This document shows, one piece after another, positions 40,615 to 49,633 of a DNA stretch of 64,000 bases (its first letter is position 1; each line of letters opens with the position of its first letter). The notes below the pieces were generated by a model that was given only the letters and a program-made list of their open reading frames with translations, was not told where the DNA came from and did not search any database. The stretch comes from an uncultured virus (IMG/VR IMGVR_UViG_3300013121_000030) (Duplodnaviria; Heunggongvirae; Uroviricota; Caudoviricetes). The DNA lies in IMG/VR virus record IMGVR_UViG_3300013121_000030, positions 160,001 through 224,000 of that record. One strand, 5' to 3'. A program made the position numbers and the translations under genes.

Positions 40615-41298
40615 TCACCACGTGATGGGCTCTCCAACGATGACTTCCTTCGGAAGGGACACCCGAGCACCGTTGAGGTGGTCGTAGAGACGATCCACAA
40701 TCTCCGTATCGAAGCCTCCATAGGGAAGTCCCGATGGAGACGGCTTTCGTTGGGTCCATTCAAGGAAGAAGTAATCCCCTGAATCCCCTGAGGGAAGCTA
40801 AAACATTTGACGAAGCTCGGCCCCATTGGGATCCAGAAAAACCATGACCTCAGTCATCCTGGTCATCCCACTATCCACAAGTTTCTTCCTCAGAGTGTTC
40901 ATGGATGCTTCAGGCCGGACTGAGAACGCAATGTGTTGGAGAGCCCAAGGCTTCCGAATGGAACTCAAGGCTCGATCCAAAACCAAGTTCGGGGCTCCAG
41001 GGAGTGGGACCGAAAGCCCCACCATGTCGCGCCAAACATGCCCTGCGGCATGCCCTCGAATAAGCGAGATGTGATCGGCCTTGTTCCGTGGGGTTGTCCA
41101 CTTTCCATGGAAACGAAACCCTTGCTGGAACCAATGATCCAAGAAAGCATAGTGGTCATCCCATGAAGATATGAACGTGAAGTGGTCAGTGTCTGGCTCA
41201 ATCTCTTCATGGGTCTCCATTCGCTTTCCAATCTCAAAGAGTTCCTCATTGAGATGACGATTCAGCCCAAATCTCTCAAATGTTTCGGTGATTGACAT
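40615..41298 (-). pseudogene. HPPD/VOC-like metalloenzyme gene with in-frame UAG (pseudogene or readthrough)
   Basis: DHFTF, QHIAF, LRQMF-TAG(40798-40800)-LPS..FFLEWTQR..GGF..DRLY; frame open 60 more codons to TGA 40615. Confidence 0.65.
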
Positions 41299-41445
41299 TT
41301 TTGTAGTCTCGAAGGCGTCTTTTACACGTCTGAGTAACGGTGTAAACCTCTTGTGGGCGTGAGCAACGTCTCCAGTGGTCCCTCTGGGAGGCACGCGGGG
41401 TCATGACTCAGAAAGTCTCGACCTCGCGTGCATTCTGGGGTATAG

Positions 41446-41485
41446 AGCCTCGCAGCCCAGGCTGCGAGGCTGTCTGAAAACTGAA
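41446..41485 (+). promoter_or_regulatory. CRISPR leader hairpin + boxA-like element
   Basis: AGCCTCGCAGCC/GGCTGCGAGGCT stem then GTCTGAAAACTGAA, also seen in tRNA-operon leaders. Confidence 0.55.
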
Positions 41486-41583
41486 GGGATGGGGCACATA
41501 GGTCCGCAGGACCTAGTGCAACAGGTCTCGCGTGCCTGAGGCCCCGAAAACCTCAATGATCTCGTTCCCCTGGAAGGGGGTAT

Positions 41584-42483
41584 CCTCGACTATCTGTGAT
41601 CCCGTAAGGGTTTAGGCACGGGAGATCTTTTGAGGGATCCAGCTCCTGGCGGTCAAAGCCTCGACTATCTGTGATCCCGTAAGGGTTTAGGCACTTACCG
41701 CCGCGCCGATCTAGCCGAGTGGTTCGCCACCTCGACTATCTGTGATCCCGTAAGGGTTTAGGCACACATGCACAGCGTTCGTTTGTGATCTTCAAATCGT
41801 CCTCGACTATCTGTGATCCCGTAAGGGTTTAGGCACTCCGCCCTCCGGGGCGGGGAGAGGGCATCCCCAAGGACCCTCGACTATCTGTGATCCCGTAAGG
41901 GTTTAGGCACACCTTGTAGCCGCTCGGTGCGGCGCGCACCGTGATCCTCGACTATCTGTGATCCCGTAAGGGTTTAGGCACGACGAGCTCTTCCAGTAGA
42001 CCGCTCAGGGCGAGGCGCCTCGACTATCTGTGATCCCGTAAGGGTTTAGGCACACGGCCTGGGCCGTGGCCGTGCGGGCTGCCTTGGCTAGCCTCGACTA
42101 TCTGTGATCCCGTAAGGGTTTAGGCACGGGGTCATCTTGGTTCTCTTTCGGGTTTCGGGTTTCGGCCCCCTCGACTATCTGTGATCCCGTAAGGGTTTAG
42201 GCACGCTAGGCACGCCAGCGCGGCGGAATACGACACCGCCCTCGACTATCTGTGATCCCGTAAGGGTTTAGGCACGCGACGTGGAGCCTCGGCGGCGGCC
42301 GCCCGTTCGGCCTCGACTATCTGTGATCCCGTAAGGGTTTAGGCACCCGGCGGTGATCTCCTCTAGTAGCCATGACCCCGAACACCCCACGACTATCTGT
42401 GATCCCGTAAGGGTTTAGGCACTGGACGCGGGGGCCGGAGGGTGGGCCCCCGCCTATCTGTGATCCCAAAGGGGATGGGAAGG
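41584..42483 (+). CRISPR. CRISPR array: 12 repeats + 1 degenerate, 12 spacers
   Basis: 36-bp repeat CCTCGACTATCTGTGATCCCGTAAGGGTTTAGGCAC at 41584, 41659, 41730, 41801, 41875, 41946, 42018, 42092, 42169, 42240, 42311, 42387 (1 mismatch), 42448 (degenerate); spacers 35-41 bp (last 25). Confidence 0.98.
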
Positions 42484-42486
42484 CGG

Positions 42487-43164
42487 TTATTTTTTGGCGG
42501 GAATTGGAACCCAGATTTCGCTCGGACCCGTCATGTCCCACCAAATTTGGTAAGTGGAGCCTTTCTTGACAATGGCTTGGTAATTGTAGGCAAACGAATT
42601 GGAGCCTCCATAATCCATGACCACACCCCCTTCCGCAGACTTCCAAGCACCTGCAACTCTTTGCACAAATGTCTTTCCGCCATTTGTGACCTTCCAACGG
42701 CGGAAGGCGTTGAGATCAGCAATCATGGACTGACGGTCTTGGGGTGTTCCGAGGCGGCCGGCGGCTTTTGTCCACCGGCTGTAGGGACCATTCTGATAGT
42801 CGATCTCAAAGACGGCCGCAGAAACCTGACGGAACTCCGTGAAGTAATGGCCCTTGTAAGCATTCGGGGTTAACAACACGTTCCAAAACGGCCCGAGATT
42901 ATCATTGATGACGGGCTTGAAGATGTTGCCGTCTGGCAGGAAGGACACGGAGTGTGCGGATCCTTCCGAAAACGGTCGAACCACTGCCGTTTTCAGAGTC
43001 ACACCCTTTTGAAGCATTTCACAGCTCCACTTGGTCCCAATCTCTGCCAACTTGGCAAAGGCCATGAGCGCCTGTGGCTCGGCTTCAGCGATTCGGGACA
43101 ACCGATCGAGTTGTGAAAAACTTGCAGCAAGTGAAGCGAACCGATGAGGATTGTTGGGTGACAT
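42487..43164 (-). CDS. Hypothetical protein
   Basis: 225-aa ORF converging on array trailer. Confidence 0.65.
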   Translation of the reverse strand: MSPNNPHRFASLAASFSQLDRLSRIAEAEPQALMAFAKLAEIGTKWSCEMLQKGVTLKTAVVRPFSEGSAHSVSFLPDGNIFKPVINDNLGPFWNVLLTPNAYKGHYFTEFRQVSAAVFEIDYQNGPYSRWTKAAGRLGTPQDRQSMIADLNAFRRWKVTNGGKTFVQRVAGAWKSAEGGVVMDYGGSNSFAYNYQAIVKKGSTYQIWWDMTGPSEIWVPIPAKK

Positions 43165-43211
43165 ACCCTCAGAAGAAAAATAAACTTCAAACCTGACAAG
43201 TCTTTGTGGGA

Positions 43212-43775
43212 CTATGCGGACCCGGGTTTCCGGTTCATGGCTGCGATGGCCATGAGCTTATCCATATGTCGAATTTTGGCCTCACTGGCCTTCATGTGTG
43301 CCAGGAGGGATTGTAACTCCTCAGATGGCAAATGAAGATTTCCCTGGCGAGTGGTGAGGCCGAAGGCACCAGGCTTGATCATCTTGACTAGCTTTGTGTC
43401 GATCTCGTCAATAGCCACATCAAGTGCCATCTGAATGGTGACTCCAGTGGAGACCACGATGGGGTGACCTTCGACGATGGTGGGATAGACCTTGGGACCG
43501 AAGAGGTGGATTCCTGTCTTCGTCAGGAGGGTCATCTCCAGGGAGTGGACAGGCATAGGGAAGTCAGGTGCAGTGAAAGCCAAGGTGAATTGGAAGCTGA
43601 CCCGCTTGTCTCCGAAGAGCATCACTGGGTCATCCACCCAACCCCAGTCCTTGATCTCAATCCGAAACCCATGATCATCTCGAAGCCTCTCCAAAACCTC
43701 CATCTCATCGGGGGTCATGGGGATGTAGAGGCCGTTGGGGTTCTTTCCCCCAAAGGGGTTGGTTTCGTTGCTCAT
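43212..43775 (-). CDS. Hypothetical protein
   Basis: MSNETNPFGGKNPNGLYIPM; ATGA-coupled. Confidence 0.65.
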   Translation of the reverse strand: MSNETNPFGGKNPNGLYIPMTPDEMEVLERLRDDHGFRIEIKDWGWVDDPVMLFGDKRVSFQFTLAFTAPDFPMPVHSLEMTLLTKTGIHLFGPKVYPTIVEGHPIVVSTGVTIQMALDVAIDEIDTKLVKMIKPGAFGLTTRQGNLHLPSEELQSLLAHMKASEAKIRHMDKLMAIAAMNRKPGSA

Positions 43776-44146
43776 GGCTTGAGGATACCGCTGCGATGCC
43801 ACGCCAACAGTTTTCGACGAAACTGCGCGGTTTTTTCAGCCTCTCCTTCAGATCCAGGAAGACGGAGACCTCTCAAGTTGAGAGCAAGGTCTCCAAGGCT
43901 TGCCGTGACCATCGTTCCTTTCTTGGAGAGGCGGAACTTATTCATGGGGTTGGTGGGCTTCGGATAGCCCACAGGCTGCAGGGACCAGTGTTGGTATCCG
44001 TACTTGTCCCGAGAAGCTCGGCCCACAACAAAATCGTGGAACCTCTTGTCCAGAAGAGGTCCTCCCATGGTAGAGGAGACTGCCATCTGGATGATGTCCT
44101 TGGGCTTGAGGGAATCGAAAATCCTGACGTACTCGGCTTCGTTCAT
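43772..44146 (-). CDS. Hypothetical protein
   Basis: ATGA-coupled in minus-strand operon with further small ORFs 44143-45148. Confidence 0.6.
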   Translation of the reverse strand: MNEAEYVRIFDSLKPKDIIQMAVSSTMGGPLLDKRFHDFVVGRASRDKYGYQHWSLQPVGYPKPTNPMNKFRLSKKGTMVTASLGDLALNLRGLRLPGSEGEAEKTAQFRRKLLAWHRSGILKP

Positions 44147-45435
44147 GGGATTACCTCTCGAAGGATGGCTACTGTCTCCTGGACGATGAGGAGGATCCAT
44201 TGTCGGATCAGGTTTTTCTTGGAGGCTTCGATCTGTTGCATGGCTGCCAAGAACTCGCTGGCTACCCACAGATCTTCTGAGATCGAAGCGAGAGGAACAT
44301 GTCTTCCCGACAGAATGTCCTCTAAAAGACCCGTGATACGATGTAATCCGGGCTCGCCTTCCGAGCGCAAGGCGTCCGTTAGGACTGCCAAAATTGCCCG
44401 TTGGGCTGGGTTGTCTAGGTTTCTGGCTTCTTCCTCAAGTGAGTGGAGAGCCTTTTTTAGTGTGTCATTCATTCTCCCTCCCAAATCTTGGTGAGTGCCT
44501 GAATGAGATGTTTCTGGAGTTGCTTGAAATCCGCCCTCATCCTTTGAGATTTAAGCGTCTGCCATTCCCTCCACGCCTTCTGGATGGCGCCGTTAGCATC
44601 TCTTTTTGCATAACTTCCGCCATCATTGGTGGCGATGGTCATGATGGTGTCCCACATTTCCTCTTGTGGAGGATTCATCCAGTGGATCGGGGCATCGTAC
44701 AATAGCTCAGAGACTTTTCGCTGGGCCACTCGTTTGGCAATTTGATCTAGCGATTCCATTTTCACACCTCCACAGACCAAGTTGGGCACAATTCCGAAGG
44801 ATCCCCAACCTCTGGGAGGTCCTGGGGACGGACCTCCTGAAGTCCGGCGTTGTGGCGCATCATCCCAATGTGATAGGACAGCCGAGACCTCAGAAGAAGG
44901 ACCGTTTTTGCGGACTCCTCACACAGGGGTGTCGTCCACCGAGTGTTCCGACATTCACAGGATCCCGTCTGAAGGTGTTTCTCCAACAGGTCCGTCGTCT
45001 TCATGATGGACATCTGGAGGAACTCCAGCTCCATCGAGTAGACGCGAGCATCTCGTAAAATAACCTTCGGAGATGCGCATCCTACCAGAATCAAAAATGG
45101 GATGAGGGTTCGGGGGCCCATCGTACTGTTGGGCCTCCAATAACCCAATCACCAGAGGTCATAGACCTCCCACGCCAACCCCACCGTCAATCCTATATAA
45201 CCCACACATGCGGCGATGTAAGCAACCAAATCCAGTCGAAAGTGGAGGCGCTTGGAGGTGCTGCACTTCACACAAGCTTGACACGAACACCCCATTGGAG
45301 ACTCCTCCCTTGAACTACTCGTTCTTGAGGAAACCTCGTTGGAAGGTGCGCAGCCAGTCAAGGCTCCCATTTTCCAGTTTCCAGAAACGAGAAAAACCGC
45401 ACCCACTCCCACAACGCCTGCTGGTACCATGGGGA

Positions 45436-45999
45436 ATGGCGCTTCAGCCTTCAGCTCTTGAGGCGGCAATAATCGCGTCGTTCTCTTTTACAGGGTCACA
45501 AACTATGCCCTGGATTGCCAGGGCAGTAGGACAAGCGTTCGCAACATGGGCTCCCACAGTTGTTTTTCAAGGGGCGACGACAGGCTTCGCTGGGTCGGGG
45601 TTGGTGACAGGCAAGGTGTTTCTCCAGGGATCTGGACTTGTTCCAGCGGCGATGGCTGGTGTGGGCCTTTCGAGTGTAGGAGTGGAGATTGGTCGGGCGA
45701 TAGAAGCAGGGATTGTTGAAACGGTCCAGGCATCAGCCCAATATGCTGGGGCCTCTGCTGGGGTTGGGACTGGATCGGATGTTTCATCTGTGCGGTTGGT
45801 GTCCCAGGCGGGGCTTTTGGTCCTTTTGACTTCGGCCCTCAGAGGAGCACAAATTGAAGGATTATCCTCCTCCCAACTCGCCGCTGGGATCTCGGCAGGA
45901 GTGGCAGCACTAACCCGTACCTGTACAGGGGTGGGCGTGGTGGCTGGCGCCAACGCAGGAGTCCCAGGGGCGGGGACATCGCTCAGCACGATGTTTTGA
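45436..45999 (+). CDS. Gly/Ala-rich putative virion protein
   Basis: MALQPSAL..GVGTGSD..GVGVVAG composition. Confidence 0.55.
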   Translation: MALQPSALEAAIIASFSFTGSQTMPWIARAVGQAFATWAPTVVFQGATTGFAGSGLVTGKVFLQGSGLVPAAMAGVGLSSVGVEIGRAIEAGIVETVQASAQYAGASAGVGTGSDVSSVRLVSQAGLLVLLTSALRGAQIEGLSSSQLAAGISAGVAALTRTCTGVGVVAGANAGVPGAGTSLSTMF

Positions 46000-46025
46000 A
46001 GTTTTTTCTATCCCCTGTGCAGGGT

Positions 46026-46310
46026 ATGCACAGCACAACGTTTCAGAAGAAAGCTATGGACTTCATGGCAACATCGTGGACGCAAAGTAAAAGCGGATGG
46101 GATCTGGGAGGGAAGTCCATCCGGATTTTTGTGACCAACCAACACCGCGAAGATCCTGGGACTTGGGTGTACTCCTGTCCCGAGTTGGACATTCGGGCTC
46201 GTCCCTTGATCAGCCGAGGGCAGGCCCCTGCGGATGCTGAAGAGGCCAAGACGTGGGCTAAATCGTTCGTGGCCGCAAAACTCAAGGCTATGCTTGCTGA
46301 AGTAGTTTAA
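46026..46310 (+). CDS. Hypothetical protein
   Basis: ATG at 46026 within ORF 45996..46310. Confidence 0.55.
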   Translation: MHSTTFQKKAMDFMATSWTQSKSGWDLGGKSIRIFVTNQHREDPGTWVYSCPELDIRARPLISRGQAPADAEEAKTWAKSFVAAKLKAMLAEVV

Positions 46311-46787
46311 AACCACTCCACAGTCTGAGAGGAGAGAAAGTGGATTCGGAGAGCCCCTTGAATCCCGTGCCGCAGAGCTAGGCTCTTGCAGCAGGAGCCT
46401 ATCCGGTGCTCAAGAACGTGAGGTAGAACTTGAAAGGCTCCCGCGATCTCCAGGACGATGTTGGGGGGAAGGGGGACTCCTCCCGTGAAGTCTCCCACCT
46501 CAAGGTCTCTCTCCCAGAGAGACCCAAAGGCAACGAGATGCTGCCACACGGGCACAGGACGAGGGATAACGACCGTTTGCGCAGGGGAACGACTCTCTCT
46601 GAGGAAGGCGGGAGGCACCCGTTTGAGCATCTTCAAGAGGAGATTATGCATGTCCCCATGGTAGCCGGCAGACCTAGTTACATGGAGGGTTCTCGGCATG
46701 TGAAACGGAGCCTGGAGAATACCCGCGGTCCTGGGCCTACCTACACCTACATGTAATACAAAAGTTTCGGTGGGGTGTTGATCCTCC

Positions 46788-46816
46788 GTGTAACTTTGGG
46801 GTACACGTGCTAACCT
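46788..46816 (+). promoter_or_regulatory. Phage promoter-like motif heading the RNA island
   Basis: GTGTAAC-N11-CGTGC-TAACCT. Confidence 0.75.
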
Positions 46817-46941
46817 TCAATCATCGGGAAGCGGAGAAGCTTCTCGAATCCCTTCGGGGTTTGGCACAAATCTGGGGACGAGGGTTCGATTCCCTCACCT
46901 CCTGCTCCTTTCCAACCGAATAGCCGAAGAAGAGCATTCTT

Positions 46942-47013
46942 GCAGGTGTAGTTCAGTGGTAGAACGCCAGCCTTCCACGCTGGATGCCGAGGGTTCGAGT
47001 CCCTCTACCTGCT
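46942..47013 (+). tRNA. tRNA-Gly(UCC)
   Basis: CCAGC-CT-TCC-AC-GCTGG cloverleaf. Confidence 0.9.
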
Positions 47014-47015
47014 CT

Positions 47016-47089
47016 GATCCTGGATGCTACATGGGGATACATCTGACCGTTAACCAGAACCACGACCCTCATGCGTTTTTGCCAGGGTC
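47016..47089 (+). ncRNA. Y-RNA/YrlA-like unit 1 (short)
   Basis: GATCCTGG-ATGC..CATGGGG-ATACAT..CCTCATG..TTTTG-CCAGGGTC. Confidence 0.6.
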
Positions 47090-47350
47090 TTCTTTTTGGG
47101 GGAAAAAGTGATCCCCCGACACCCAAGAGACTGACCTAGTTCTTCCCCTTGACTCTGGGGGAGTCTGCGAGGTTGAGGGTGGTGGGCCATGAGTCTTCCG
47201 CCCACTCACTTTGACGCTTGGGGGAATAGACCCCGGAGTACAGCACTGTTGCTCGCAGATCTCTCTCTTTTGAGAGAGGAGTTGTAGGCCAACAACTTCA
47301 GCCCCGCTGGGGATCTGGAAACAGGCGGACACGCTGGATAGACAGCGGGT

Positions 47351-47421
47351 GGGGAAGTCCTCGCTGGTGCGAGGCCAGGGTCTTGAAACGCTGGGTGTAG
47401 GTTCGATTCCTATCTTCCTCA
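47351..47421 (+). tRNA. Atypical tRNA-like gene (6-bp D stem; anticodon uncertain)
   Basis: GGGGAAG/CTTCCTC acceptor, CCTCGC-TGGT-GCGAGG D-arm, GTAGGTTCGATTCCTAT T-arm. Confidence 0.5.
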
Positions 47422-47423
47422 AA

Positions 47424-47642
47424 GCCTCTGTGTGCCCAACGGATAGGGCGCCCCAAAAACGTAGGGGGGGTACCTGTAAAAAGGCCGTTATCGACTCTGG
47501 GGGGTAGAAACGATCCTTCGGAGGTAGACCACATAGGTTGCGGATGCACCGGGCCCGACTAAAGAGTTATCGGGTAGGGAAGCGAGTTTCCTAAATAGGG
47601 TCTTTTGCGCGACGGATGCGGGTTCGACTCCCGCCTGAGGCA
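47424..47642 (+). ncRNA. tRNA-like RNA with ~160-nt insert in place of anticodon arm
   Basis: GCCTCTG/CTGAGGC acceptor (one mismatch), GCCC/GGGC D-arm, GCGGGTTCGACTCCCGC T-arm. Confidence 0.45.
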
Positions 47643-47652
47643 TTGTTCGAGA

Positions 47653-47726
47653 GCGTGCCTAGCTCAACTGGATAGAGCATCGGTCTTCGGAACCGAGGGT
47701 TGGGGGTTCGATTCCCTCGGCGCGCG
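47653..47726 (+). tRNA. tRNA-Arg(UCG)
   Basis: TCGGT-CT-TCG-GA-ACCGA. Confidence 0.9.
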
Positions 47727-47730
47727 CTTC

Positions 47731-47814
47731 GCTCACCTGGTGGAATTGGCAGACACACTGGATTCAGGTTCCAGTACCGTAACAGGTGTGGGGGTTCGAC
47801 TCCCCCGGTGAGAA
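47731..47814 (+). tRNA. tRNA-Leu(CAG)
   Basis: CTGGA-TT-CAG-GT-TCCAG; G1-A72 mismatch. Confidence 0.85.
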
Positions 47815-47860
47815 ACTGTCCTACATGTGGGACATACTTCAGAGGTCGGTGAAAAAAGTT

Positions 47861-47934
47861 GTGTAACTCGGGTCGCCCCGTGCTACACTTGGGGTGTCGC
47901 GGTTGAGACCACGACGCCTCTCTGAAAACTGAAG
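47861..47934 (+). promoter_or_regulatory. Phage promoter-like motif + hairpin + boxA-like
   Basis: GTGTAAC-N11-CGTGC-TACACT, hairpin 47891-47920, TCTGAAAACTGAAG. Confidence 0.75.
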
Positions 47935-47956
47935 AGTTCTGAAGAAGAGCATTCAT

Positions 47957-48027
47957 GCAGGTGTGGTCCAGCGGTAGGACGCTGCCTTGCCAAGGCGGAA
48001 GCGAGAGTTCGACTCTCTCCACTTGCT
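47957..48027 (+). tRNA. tRNA-Gly(GCC)
   Basis: CTGCC-TT-GCC-AA-GGCGG. Confidence 0.9.
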
Positions 48028-48029
48028 TA

Positions 48030-48345
48030 CGGATCTTTTCGAGTCGTGTGAACCCTGGTCAATCAGGCTGCACCTAAAAGAATGGGGTGCGGGTGAGGAA
48101 GACCCACAAGGCTCGAAAGAAACATGCGCCCCCTGGCTGATCATGGGGGACGCGGGCGGATGGCCCCTGTCCAGGGTCTGGAGCCGACAGACACGATCTC
48201 ATGTGCCGTTGAACGGGGGGGGGGTGATCACCCTCGCTAGGCGGGATCGGGTCGACGGCGAAACTGGGCTTTCCAGTCCCAGCAAGCGGCGGACACACTG
48301 CGTCGCATCTGTGATGTCCCCCCACAGGCCAACCAGGGGGACGCT
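48030..48345 (+). ncRNA. Unassigned structured RNA, copy A
   Basis: Shares TGTGAACCCT, GGAGCYGAYAG and GACGGCGAAA-stem-CAAGCGGCGGAMACACTGCGTCGCA with copy B. Confidence 0.5.
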
Positions 48346-48418
48346 GCCCGAATAGCTCAACAGGAAGAGCGCCGCTTTCGTACTGCGGAGGCTATCGGTT
48401 CGATTCCGGTTTCGGGCT
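48346..48418 (+). tRNA. tRNA-Thr(CGU)
   Basis: CCGCT-TT-CGT-AC-TGCGG. Confidence 0.85.
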
Positions 48419-48605
48419 TTCCGATCGATGGGAGTTTCGATCGGGGTGTTATCCTCCGGTCCGCGGAGCCTCGCCAAGTCATCTCCACGGTCTGTCCGGA
48501 GGATTTCTCTGGGGGAACTTGGCTCATCCCACAAACCCTCCACACTGCCCCAGTGTGCTTGACAGATGGACTGGCCAGTCCTGAAGACAAGAGAATGGGG
48601 TTTTT

Positions 48606-48678
48606 GCCCGAATAGCTCAGATGGGAGAGCGCTACCTTGGTACGGTGGAGGTCGCCGGTTCGATTCCGGTTTCGGGCT
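48606..48678 (+). tRNA. tRNA-Thr(GGU)
   Basis: CTACC-TT-GGT-AC-GGTGG. Confidence 0.9.
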
Positions 48679-48683
48679 CGATT

Positions 48684-49060
48684 GCGTTTGTAGCTCATCG
48701 TCACAAGCGCAACTGTGAACCCTTGATAAGTTCACAGAGGGTGCTCCCCATCCATCCTAGGTCGTGCGTGGGGAGATGTCCGTGGAGCTGATAGCTACTT
48801 TCGCAGTCTGGAGTGAGGTGATTCCTCCCCAGGGGTTTCTAGTGGCCCCAATGAACTGCGTTACCGTGGGCGTGGAACCCCATGGGACAGAGAGCGACGG
48901 CGAAATGGGGGTGAGGTGACCCCACAAGCGGCGGAAACACTGCGTCGCAAAAACAGGACAGTTGATCGGGTCCTGAGGCCCCTCCCGAAAGGGAGGAGGT
49001 AGCCAGATTCGAGTCCCAAACCTCGGCCGCAGGTTCCTAGAACCTTGGCGAAGTGGGGGT
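48684..49060 (+). ncRNA. Unassigned structured RNA, copy B
   Basis: Same ordered blocks as copy A; many hairpins; no ORF in the track. Confidence 0.5.
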
Positions 49061-49131
49061 AACCTTGAAGCTCAATGGTGGAGCAACCGTTAAATCACCG
49101 GGGGTCGTCAGTTCGATTCTGACCAAGGGTA
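49061..49131 (+). tRNA. Degenerate/undetermined tRNA
   Basis: D- and T-arms intact, anticodon arm irregular (ACCGTTAAATCACCGG). Confidence 0.5.
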
Positions 49132-49195
49132 CTGAGGGAGCCATCCCTTTCTGGCATGGGGCGCTGATGTCTTCGTGTCAGAGAAAATGGCAACT

Positions 49196-49267
49196 GCCCG
49201 GGTAGCTCAGCGGTAGAGCGATGCCCTTACAAGGCGAGGGTCGGGGGTTCGATCCCCTCCCTGGGCA
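49196..49267 (+). tRNA. tRNA-Val(UAC)
   Basis: GCC-CT-TAC-AA-GGC. Confidence 0.88.
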
Positions 49268-49309
49268 CAATGAGGTTCCAGGATAAAACCTCTTGAAACG
49301 CCTGGGAAT

Positions 49310-49382
49310 GGGGCCTTAGCTCAATTGGGAGAGCGCCTGCTTTGCACGCAGGAGGTCATCGGTTCGATCCCGATAGGCTCCA
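49310..49382 (+). tRNA. tRNA-Ala(UGC)
   Basis: CCTGC-TT-TGC-AC-GCAGG; G3:U70. Confidence 0.92.
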
Positions 49383-49505
49383 CTGAAGTGCTGTCGTCTA
49401 AGTTGCTGGGCCCCCGCGACGCCCAGTGGCCCCCGTGATACCAATCATCGGGAGAAAGATCCCGTTAGGGAAATGCCAGAGAAACCCTGGCCATGCACTT
49501 CTCAA

Positions 49506-49587
49506 GCTCGCCTGGTGGAATTGGCAGACACGCCAGACTAAGGATCTGGTGCCTTCGGGTGTGGGGGTTCGAGTCCCCCGGTGAGCA
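49506..49587 (+). tRNA. tRNA-Leu(AAG)
   Basis: CCAGA-CT-AAG-GA-TCTGG. Confidence 0.85.
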
Positions 49588-49633
49588 AGTATCCTACATG
49601 TAGGACACATCTTCGGAGTCGAAGAAAAAAGTT

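Noticed and set aside
40798-40800. Genome-wide amber (TAG) recoding
   Set aside because: Other genes end normally at TAG (e.g. 10279, 33069), long genes are not fragmented, and no CUA-anticodon tRNA was found.
41340-41362. Sixteenth copy of the promoter motif upstream of the CRISPR leader
   Set aside because: GTGTAAA-N11-CGTG is present but the -10 hexamer is missing.
41551-41583. Extra degenerate CRISPR repeat before repeat 1
   Set aside because: Only loose similarity (CCTCAATGATCT..CCCC/GGGG) and no spacer; treated as leader.
42317-42697. Minus-strand ORF over the array end
   Set aside because: It translates repeat sequence and overlaps the better ORF 42487..43164.
32426-46026. Late-promoter motif TAT-N14/15-ATG before 32443, 43164 and 46026
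   Set aside because: Too short and too few copies to separate from chance by eye.
46870-46905. tmRNA 3' end or full tRNA
   Set aside because: Only a T-arm (GAGGGTTCGATTCCCTC) is recognisable; no matching acceptor, D-arm or tag reading frame.
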